A stretch of 35,187 nucleotides of DNA, taken from NCBI GenBank assembly GCA_028687085.1, contig JAQUAU010000002.1:1-35187 (forward strand), given 5' to 3'. The notes below the pieces were generated by a model, which was not told where the DNA came from, did not search any database, and was given only the letters and a program-made list of their open reading frames with translations. Numbering within the stretch: the stretch's first letter is position 1; each line of letters opens with the position of its first letter. The stretch comes from Minisyncoccota bacterium (lineage in GTDB: Bacteria; Patescibacteriota; Minisyncoccia; Phycocordibacterales; Phycocordibacteraceae). Both the position numbers and the translations under genes were made by a program. Below are positions 15,217 through 22,420 of the stretch, in pieces.

Positions 15217-16626
15217 TCAAAGACGTGGAAAGAGATTCTCGGGCTTTTTGTTCTCCTGCACAGCCTGGAGTATCTTCTCGGCTGTGGCGGGCATATACGG
15301 ACGCAGGCTTGCTCCAATTCGATACAGTTCTTGGACAAGCTCAGTAATGACGCGCTTCCCTTCTTCCGGATTTTCCTTCACTACCACAAAGGGCCTCTCT
15401 GCAGTAATACGCAGATCGGCGGCGCTAATACGCGCCCACATCGCATCCATCGCTTCGTTGAACTTGAAACCGACAATCGGTTCAGGAGTCGCCGCATCAG
15501 CACTGACCGGATTCTGGAGATAGGTTTCTGCAAGCTGCATCACCCGCGCGACGAGGTTGCCGAGGCCGTTGGTGAGGTGTGCGGTGTAGTGGTCGTGGAT
15601 CGCCTCAAGCGTGAGGTCAGAATCTTCAACCGGGCTCACGTGTCGCAAAAGGAGATACCGCACCGCATCCGTGCCGTACTGCTCCACCAAATCGAGCGGA
15701 TTGATGACATTCCCGATTGACTTGCTCATCTTAGCTCCGCCAGAAGTGATGAACCCATGATAGAAGACAGAATCGGTATTCTTAATCTCAGCCGACATAA
15801 GCATCGCCTGCCACATCAAAGACTGAAAGCGCAATTGATCCTTCCCTGCTATCTGCAGCGTCGTACCCTCCTCCCAGAATTTCTTGAAATTCCCTTCGGT
15901 ATCTTCGGGCCAGCCGAGCGTAGAGATGTAGTTGGTGAGCGCGTCGAACCACACATACATCACCTGCGAATCATCGTCTGGGACGGGAATGCCCCACGAT
16001 GCTCGCGACGCTTCGCGCGAGATGCTGAAATCTTCGAGCCCCCCCTTTACAAAATTGATTGCCTCGATGCGGCGCCACTCTGGAATGAGGACCTCCGGCC
16101 GTTCGAGATAGGCGAGAAGCTCTTTTTCATATTTCGAAAATCGAAAGAAGTAATTCTCTTCGGACACTTCGGTAAGCTCGCCGTTCGGATGGAGCGGGCA
16201 CGTCCCGTCGACAAGCTCCTTCTCGGTCTTGAACGCCTCGCATCCGACACAGTAGAGGCCAGTATAGGTCTTCTTATAGACATCCCCTTTTGCCGCACAG
16301 CGACGCCACATCTCTTGCGCGGCCTCCAGGTGCTCAGGGTCGGTCGTGCGAATAAAACGATCATTCGTCAGATTGAGCGCATCCTTCAATTTATGAAACT
16401 CGGCGGCATAGTGATCGACGTATGCCTGCGGCTCTTGCCCTGCCTTTTGCGCAGCTTCAAGAATCTTTTGCCCATGCTCGTCTGTCCCCATCGAGAAGAA
16501 CACCTCGTCTCCGGCCGCTCTCCAGACGCGGGCGAGAACGTCAGCCTGTACGGCCTCAAGCGCGAATCCGATATGCGGATCCGCATTTACATACGGGAGT
16601 GTGGTAGTAAGGTAGCGCGCACTCAT
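15217..16626 (-). CDS. metG: methionyl-tRNA synthetase (short form)
   Basis: PYVNADPHIGF is the HIGH-type motif and KMSKSIGN is the KMSKS motif. A Cys knuckle reads CVGCEAF...CPLHP. Confidence 0.95.
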   Translation of the reverse strand: MSARYLTTTLPYVNADPHIGFALEAVQADVLARVWRAAGDEVFFSMGTDEHGQKILEAAQKAGQEPQAYVDHYAAEFHKLKDALNLTNDRFIRTTDPEHLEAAQEMWRRCAAKGDVYKKTYTGLYCVGCEAFKTEKELVDGTCPLHPNGELTEVSEENYFFRFSKYEKELLAYLERPEVLIPEWRRIEAINFVKGGLEDFSISREASRASWGIPVPDDDSQVMYVWFDALTNYISTLGWPEDTEGNFKKFWEEGTTLQIAGKDQLRFQSLMWQAMLMSAEIKNTDSVFYHGFITSGGAKMSKSIGNVINPLDLVEQYGTDAVRYLLLRHVSPVEDSDLTLEAIHDHYTAHLTNGLGNLVARVMQLAETYLQNPVSADAATPEPIVGFKFNEAMDAMWARISAADLRITAERPFVVVKENPEEGKRVITELVQELYRIGASLRPYMPATAEKILQAVQENKKPENLFPRL

Positions 16627-16632
16627 AGAGGA

Positions 16633-17670
16633 TTAGCCGCGCGCGGCGCGGCGTTTTCGCTTATCAAAGTCGGTAATAAGTTCGAGAATGACTGCCGCGA
16701 CCGGCACCGAGAGCAGGACGCCGAGGAATCCGGCAAGCGTGTAGCCGGCGATGAGCGCGACGATAACGAGAAGAGGCGGGAGGCCGACAATCTTCTTTAC
16801 GATAAGCGGATAGATGAGATTGGCCTCGAACTGGTTCACGACGATATAGAGGCCGGCGACGATGACGCCGAGCGAAACGCCGCCGTTACTGTAGCCGACG
16901 ATAGCCGCCGCCGTCCCTGCGATAAGCGAGCCAAATACAGGAATAATCTCCGCAACTGCCGTAAAGACGGCGAGCAGGAGCGCGTACGGGATGCCGATGA
17001 TAAGAAGGCCGAGATAGACGAGGATGGCGACAATGACCGAGAGCAGTATCTGCCCCTGCATCCAGAGCCCGATCTTCTTCTGTGACCGCTTCCAGAGATC
17101 GACTGAGTAGTCCTCATAGGCAACCGGCATCACCATGCGGAGGAAGTCGTCCACGCCCGTGTCTTGAAGCGCGAAGTAGAACGAGAGCACGATGACAAGC
17201 ACGAGCGAGAAGATGCCGCCGAAGAAGGTGACCAGGAGCTGTATCACGCCGCCCGAAGTCGCGGTAAAGACCGACTGCAGCGAGAGTAGCGTTTGCATGA
17301 ACGACGAACCCCCGCCCACGAGACTCGACGAGTTTGAAAAGGGCGACACCGAGTTTATCGAATCGAGATATTTCGGCATCGCAGAGAGGAAGCCGGCGGC
17401 GTCGGCAATAATCGGCGGGAAGAGGAAGTAGAGCAGGCCGAAGACCGAACCGAAGACAAGCACATAGACAAGGAGTGCGGCCACGAAGCGCGGGAGGCGA
17501 TGACGGATAAAGAAGGCCACGCCCGGTTCGATAGCCGAGGCGATGACAATAGCGGTAAGCACGAGGAGGGCGAGGTCGCGCAGAAGCCAGAAGAGATATG
17601 CCCCGGCGATAATAAAGAGGGCGGCAAAAACGGTACCTGACGTGATAGAAACCCTGAATTCCTTGTTCAT
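16633..17670 (-). CDS. AI-2E family transporter (PerM/UPF0118)
   Basis: Polytopic, with a typical AI-2E layout. The ATG at 17670 (MNKEFRVSI) is preferred because TGCTAGGAT lies 7 nt upstream. Confidence 0.85.
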   Translation of the reverse strand: MNKEFRVSITSGTVFAALFIIAGAYLFWLLRDLALLVLTAIVIASAIEPGVAFFIRHRLPRFVAALLVYVLVFGSVFGLLYFLFPPIIADAAGFLSAMPKYLDSINSVSPFSNSSSLVGGGSSFMQTLLSLQSVFTATSGGVIQLLVTFFGGIFSLVLVIVLSFYFALQDTGVDDFLRMVMPVAYEDYSVDLWKRSQKKIGLWMQGQILLSVIVAILVYLGLLIIGIPYALLLAVFTAVAEIIPVFGSLIAGTAAAIVGYSNGGVSLGVIVAGLYIVVNQFEANLIYPLIVKKIVGLPPLLVIVALIAGYTLAGFLGVLLSVPVAAVILELITDFDKRKRRAARG

Positions 17671-17677
17671 TAGGGAA

Positions 17678-17686
17678 ATCCTAGCA
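17678..17686 (-). promoter_or_regulatory. TGCTAGGAT (extended -10-like) 7 nt upstream of the transporter ATG
   Basis: The minus strand reads GGCTAGGAATGCTAGGATTTCCCTAATG. Confidence 0.45.
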
Positions 17687-17705
17687 TTCCTAGCCCAAAA
17701 CAAAA

Positions 17706-17734
17706 GCGGCGCGTGCTCTCACGAGCCGCGCCGC
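17706..17734 (-). terminator. intrinsic terminator after the orphan gene
   Basis: The stem is GCGGCGCG...CGCGCCGC with an inner GCTC/GAGC pairing. On the minus strand it is followed by TTTTGTTTTGGG. Confidence 0.7.
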
Positions 17735-17751
17735 CGAAGTTGAACCGGTAC

Positions 17752-18393
17752 TCAAAAACCAGGAGGGACAATCTTATCGCGTGAGTCCCAATCCCCCGGA
17801 ATATCAACCGGGTGGGTTTCAAAACACCAGCCCGGATGACCGCCACTCCAATGTACATCCACGGCCCAGAGACGGCCGTTCGCATCTCGAATATAGGCAA
17901 TGTTCTTAGAACCTTTTACAAGAAGTTCTCCTTCTTGCCCCGCGCCTTGTCGCTTCAGTCGTTCCCACAGATGAGCCAATGTTGTTTCTGAAGCACCACC
18001 GACCGGAGCGAGAATTGGCGCATGCCCTTTCTCAAGGATGTGTAGTGTGGCAGAAGCAATGCTAGCTTTTGTTTTGCCAAGGAAGATATCCTTGAAATCA
18101 AAACCAAGATACACAATTCTCACACCATCTATAGTTATTTCTCTTCCGATTCTTCCGTCCTCACGGAATTTTTCTGCCGCATTAAAGACAGCATCTTCCG
18201 GGCTCTGGCGGCCAACTTTTATGGACTTCTTTATCGCAGCCGTCGTTGGCTCAAGATCTCTCAAGAAGCTCTTGAGAGCAGTCGGATCATTGATCCAGTG
18301 CTGCATACTTTCGCCCGAAAGCGGCGGCATGCAAGTCGCCACGGTGGCGAGGAATCTCGCTGTTTGCCCATCGTAGGTTTTCGTCATTGTCAT
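17752..18393 (-). CDS. hypothetical protein (orphan, no family recognised)
   Basis: ORF 17752..18504. The start is set at the ATG at 18393 (MTMTKTYDG) because AGGAGA lies 7 nt upstream. The gene has its own terminator and lower G+C. Confidence 0.65.
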   Translation of the reverse strand: MTMTKTYDGQTARFLATVATCMPPLSGESMQHWINDPTALKSFLRDLEPTTAAIKKSIKVGRQSPEDAVFNAAEKFREDGRIGREITIDGVRIVYLGFDFKDIFLGKTKASIASATLHILEKGHAPILAPVGGASETTLAHLWERLKRQGAGQEGELLVKGSKNIAYIRDANGRLWAVDVHWSGGHPGWCFETHPVDIPGDWDSRDKIVPPGF

Positions 18394-18594
18394 GACGTTT
18401 TCTCCTATGCTAATAGCCCCAACCGAATAGTTGAGTTTCGCCACAGCAGAAAATTGCCTAGGTAAGACCGCTTTCTGCTGTGGCGAATATGATGAATGAA
18501 CCAAAAACTAAAGTCTAGTATACACTAATTATGTCTATAGTCAAGTTTCTAACGAGAGTCGCCAAACGAGCCCGTATATACGGCGCAAATTTTT

Positions 18595-18612
18595 ACAAGG
18601 TTCGACCTTGTT
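18595..18612. repeat. exact 18-nt repeat ACAAGGTTCGACCTTGTT, copy 1
   Basis: Identical to 32817..32834. It forms a hairpin (ACAAGG/CCTTGT) and abuts the glyQS stop codon. Confidence 0.85.
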
Positions 18613-19936
18613 ATTGGATTGCGGAGCGGATACGCTCGGCGACTTCAGCAATCGAGAGACGCTCTTGAGTGCCCGAGTCGCGATGGCGTAGCGTCACCGT
18701 ATCCTTGAGGTCTGGCGTTTCGCCGAGCGTGTCGAAGTCGATGGTGATGCAGAACGGCGTGCCGATCTCATCCTGGCGTCGGTAGCGCTTGCCGATGTTA
18801 CCGTTGTCGTCCCACGCGATAGCTGGGTGAATCTTCTGCAATTCTGCGCGCACCTCACGAGCCTTCTCCACGAGCTCGGGCTTATTCTTTAAGAGTGGCG
18901 AGACCATCGCCTTCACCGGTGCAATCTTCGGCGCAAGTGCGAGATACGCGCGCGTCTCCTCTCCCATTACATCTTCCTTATAGGCACTCGCGAGGATTGC
19001 GAGGATCGTGCGATCAACGCCGAATGACGGCTCGATAACATGCGGGATGAATTTCTCTTTACTCTCTTCATCGAGGTATGCAAGTTCAATGCTCGATGCC
19101 TGCGCATGAGCTGAGAGATCGAAGTCGCCGCGATAGGCGAGCCCCCAGAGCTCTTTGCGTCCGAACGGATAATCGAATTCAAAATCGATAGTGCGCTTGC
19201 TGTAGTGCGCGCGATCTTTCGCCTCGACTTCAAGTTCGTGCACACTGTCGTGCGGCAATCCGATAGCTGTCGCGAAGAGGTGCATCATCTTTCTCCACTC
19301 CTCAAACGCCTGTTCCCATTCGCCTGAAGGTACAAAATATTCTATCTCCATCTGTGAGAACTCGCGCGAACGAAAGACGAAGTCGCGCGGAGCGATCTCG
19401 TTCCTAAAGGCCTTCCCTACTTGGGCAATGCCGAAGGGGAGCTTCGGGTGAAGCGCATCCACGACGTTCTTGTAGTTCGTGAAGATCCCGCCGGCCGTCT
19501 CAGGGCGCAGATAGACCGTCGCGGAATCATCTTCCATCGCGCCCGAGTGCGTCTTGAACATCATATTGAACTGTCGCGCTTCACCAAGTGCACCGGCACA
19601 CTCCGGACACTTCGTCGCATCGTCAAGATGGTCCGCGCGGAAACGTCTCTTACACTTTTCGCATTCGACGAGCGGATCGGCAAATCCGGCGACGTGGCCG
19701 GAGGCTTCCCAAATCTTGGGATTCATCAAAATCGCCGCATCCACACCGTACATGTCGTCACGAGAATCTCGGAACATAGAGAGCCACAGGCGTTCCACAT
19801 TCTCCTTCAGCACGACGCCGTAGGGGCCGTAGTCGAAGGTGCCGGCGAGGCCGCCGTATATCTCAGAACCCGGGAACACGAACCCGCGGCGCTTGGCGAG
19901 TGAGACAATCTTTTCCATCAGGTTCGATTCATTCAT
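18611..19936 (-). CDS. glyQS: glycyl-tRNA synthetase (class II, alpha2 type)
   Basis: Full-length match by eye: FPGSEIYGGLAGTFDYGPYG...FRNEIAPR... Confidence 0.95.
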   Translation of the reverse strand: MNESNLMEKIVSLAKRRGFVFPGSEIYGGLAGTFDYGPYGVVLKENVERLWLSMFRDSRDDMYGVDAAILMNPKIWEASGHVAGFADPLVECEKCKRRFRADHLDDATKCPECAGALGEARQFNMMFKTHSGAMEDDSATVYLRPETAGGIFTNYKNVVDALHPKLPFGIAQVGKAFRNEIAPRDFVFRSREFSQMEIEYFVPSGEWEQAFEEWRKMMHLFATAIGLPHDSVHELEVEAKDRAHYSKRTIDFEFDYPFGRKELWGLAYRGDFDLSAHAQASSIELAYLDEESKEKFIPHVIEPSFGVDRTILAILASAYKEDVMGEETRAYLALAPKIAPVKAMVSPLLKNKPELVEKAREVRAELQKIHPAIAWDDNGNIGKRYRRQDEIGTPFCITIDFDTLGETPDLKDTVTLRHRDSGTQERLSIAEVAERIRSAIQ

Positions 19937-19962
19937 AGGACTACTTTACTCTAAGAGAGCCG

Positions 19963-21837
19963 CTATTGCACAACGGCGTTGGTTGGGACATATCCCGGGT
20001 CGCCAACCGTCTCGGTCGTTATCGGGTCTGCCGTCGCAGAGACCTGCACACCGGCGAAGCGGTCATACCCAGAGAACGCCACCGGGCCGGTAAGCTGAGG
20101 CGCGCTCCCCTTCTGCGAGGTCGAGGGCGTGAGCGACACCTGGAAGGAGCCCTGCGCACTCGCGCCCTGGGCGAGGTCGCCTATCGTCCAGGTTACGACG
20201 CGGGACTTTTCGTCATATGAGAATGAACCCGAGCCCGCGGTCTGCGCGGCATACGAGACATAGCTCGGCAGAGCCGCTGTCATGGTACTGCCCGCTATCG
20301 CACTCCCTTTATTCTGCGCGCTCCATCGCAGCGTATACGTCGTCGCCACCTCGGCGCGCGGCGGGACGGGGCCGCTCGTGCCCTGGTGCGATGAAGAAGC
20401 GGAGAGGGCGACGGCCGTCGCGACCTTAAAGGTCTTTGTTATCGAGGAGTTCACGTTCTCGGGCACATTCGTCTGCCCGAGGCGCGTGCCTGCTACCGAG
20501 ATCGTGAGATTCACGAGCGGCCCGGTCGCTGAAGTTCCGGCCGGCAAGGTCGCGAAGGTGAAGGCGCCGATGCCTGAAGCGCCGGGCGAGAGCGTCGCGA
20601 GCGCAGGATCGGTGTCCCGACTGAAGAGAATCGTGCGCGTCGCAGAATTATAGAAGCCACTCGTGGTCCGAATGCTGTTGTAATCGACGGCCGAACCGGA
20701 GAGTGCAATCGAGACCGTGACGTTCTGAACGACGGTCGCGAGCGTATTTGTGTAGGCGACGGTGACGTTCTGGTAACTCCCAGGAGCGATGATGGTATTC
20801 CCCGACGCATCGCCATTCATCGCGAGGATCGTATCGATAAAGGGCGCGGCGATAGTTACGGTCACGTCTTGCGTCATATACGAGACGGCGAGCGACTGAT
20901 TGCTTGAGGCATCTGCGGTGCCGACGGTAAAGTGGAACACGCGCAGTTCCTTGTTCTGCCCCGAGAGGATGCCGGTCAGTGTTATCACTTTGCTCGCACC
21001 CGGCTTCAGCGAACCGACGAGGAAGCTTGAATTATTCAGCGGGAGCGATGACGACGTTACCAAGAAGCCGAAGGGGAAAGCGCCCGCGACAACGACATTG
21101 TTGATCGAGATTGTCGCATTGTTGCGGACCGTAAGCGTAAGCGTGAGCGGCTTGTTCGAGACAGTTTCAGAAAGCGTATCCACCGATACCGAGAGCGGCG
21201 TCGTCGAAATCGTAAGCGCATAGGACGATTTCTTTACGAAGACAGCATTGCTGCCGGTCGTACCGTAAGAAAAGGAGATCGGGAGCGCGAGACTCTGCCC
21301 TTCTCCGCCGAAGAGTACTGCCTTGACCGAGCGGGTGATGGTCGCTCCGCTTGCGAGCTCTCCTAGATTCTCGACGTAATGCGGATATGTTTTTGAGACG
21401 TTCGTAGCATCTCGTGTGCCGTTCGGGAAATCGATCTCGATTGTCGCGTTCTCGATTGCGACCGGATTTTTATTCGTGATGGTTATAAGAAGCGGCACCG
21501 TGTCGCCTCCGGCGATGGTCGTCGGTCCCTGGATATCAATCGAAACTTTATCTACCGAGACAGCATTCCCGCCGAAATAAAAGAAGTAGCCGGCGATGCC
21601 GAGTGCCAAGAAGAAAAAGGTGACCGCGCCGATAAAAAAGACCCCCGCGAAACGCACGTGCCGCTCTCCCTGATGCGGGGTACGAGAGAGCACCGGCTCT
21701 TCCCAAGCGTGCGGGAGCGCGTGCTCGTCGGGAGCCGAGAGCGCGGCACGCCGAGAGCGCGGCACGCCGGCAGAGCTATAGAGCCGTTTGCGAGCGAGCT
21801 CGAGTGAGCTGGTATCGTCTTCAGGAGCGTAGGGCAT
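19963..21837 (-). CDS. single-pass membrane protein with a large repetitive beta-rich ectodomain
   Basis: ORF 19963..22026. The start is set at the ATG at 21837 (MPYAPEDD), 13 nt after the recO stop. The TM helix is FAGVFFIGAVTFFFLALGIAGYFFYF. CARDB/DUF11-like modules follow (PLLITITNKNPVAIENATIEIDF). Confidence 0.7.
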   Translation of the reverse strand: MPYAPEDDTSSLELARKRLYSSAGVPRSRRAALSAPDEHALPHAWEEPVLSRTPHQGERHVRFAGVFFIGAVTFFFLALGIAGYFFYFGGNAVSVDKVSIDIQGPTTIAGGDTVPLLITITNKNPVAIENATIEIDFPNGTRDATNVSKTYPHYVENLGELASGATITRSVKAVLFGGEGQSLALPISFSYGTTGSNAVFVKKSSYALTISTTPLSVSVDTLSETVSNKPLTLTLTVRNNATISINNVVVAGAFPFGFLVTSSSLPLNNSSFLVGSLKPGASKVITLTGILSGQNKELRVFHFTVGTADASSNQSLAVSYMTQDVTVTIAAPFIDTILAMNGDASGNTIIAPGSYQNVTVAYTNTLATVVQNVTVSIALSGSAVDYNSIRTTSGFYNSATRTILFSRDTDPALATLSPGASGIGAFTFATLPAGTSATGPLVNLTISVAGTRLGQTNVPENVNSSITKTFKVATAVALSASSSHQGTSGPVPPRAEVATTYTLRWSAQNKGSAIAGSTMTAALPSYVSYAAQTAGSGSFSYDEKSRVVTWTIGDLAQGASAQGSFQVSLTPSTSQKGSAPQLTGPVAFSGYDRFAGVQVSATADPITTETVGDPGYVPTNAVVQ

Positions 21838-21850
21838 CGCGCTTAGTATA

Positions 21851-22420
21851 TCAAAGCCCGGAGGCTTCAATACCGCGATTAATGCGTGCGATGTAGTCTG
21901 CTCGGCCATGCTTGATAGTGTCGAGGACTGTCGGCGTGAATGCGGATTTCTCTCCCGGTATCTCTCCCGCATCGAGCCCGAGTGCGGCGAGCACGCGGAG
22001 CGCAGCGAGCGCTTCGAGCGACTCATCTTCGCTTTGGGGCAGAGTTGCGAGCGCTTCGAGAAAGCCTCTCATAATGGGAAACAGTTCGGCCTCCTGCGCT
22101 TCGCCGGCGACCAAGCGGAGCAAGAGGCCTGACACGCGCACTGCCGCCTCTCGCGCGCGAGCACGCGTCACCCGCGCGAACCAATTTTCTTCGAGCACCG
22201 CACCGGCGATCCTCCAGCCGTCTCTCCCACGCACCAGCACGACTGAACTCTCTGCAAACGTGACGAGAGAGGAGGCGAGCTTCGCATTCGATTTCCGCAC
22301 GCTCTGTGCGAGCGCGCGCACGAGACCGAGCTCGGGCGTAAGTAGGGTCACAAATGAACTCGACTCTCCGATCGGCGACCGTGAGAGCACGATGCCGCGC
22401 GTGTCGTACTTATGCCGCAT
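21851..22420 (-). CDS. recO: DNA repair protein RecO (short form)
   Basis: The start is the ATG at 22420 (MRHKYDTRGIVLSRSPIGESSSFVTLLTPELG, a RecO N-terminal OB fold). It overlaps the ileS 3' end by 11 nt. Confidence 0.7.
   Translation of the reverse strand: MRHKYDTRGIVLSRSPIGESSSFVTLLTPELGLVRALAQSVRKSNAKLASSLVTFAESSVVLVRGRDGWRIAGAVLEENWFARVTRARAREAAVRVSGLLLRLVAGEAQEAELFPIMRGFLEALATLPQSEDESLEALAALRVLAALGLDAGEIPGEKSAFTPTVLDTIKHGRADYIARINRGIEASGL

Noticed and set aside
15757-17085. 442-aa plus-strand ORF
   Set aside because: Antisense to metG and the AI-2E transporter gene. Composition is Arg/Glu-rich and no motifs are present.
18595-18612. GGTTCGA within the 18-nt repeat as a tRNA T-arm or tRNA fragment
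   Set aside because: The loop is only 5 nt. No acceptor, D or anticodon arms can be drawn around either copy.
18531-18668. 45-codon plus-strand ORF downstream of a TAGTATAC element
   Set aside because: It runs antisense into glyQS, has no SD, and has unremarkable composition. The TATAC palindrome more plausibly serves the minus-strand orphan gene.
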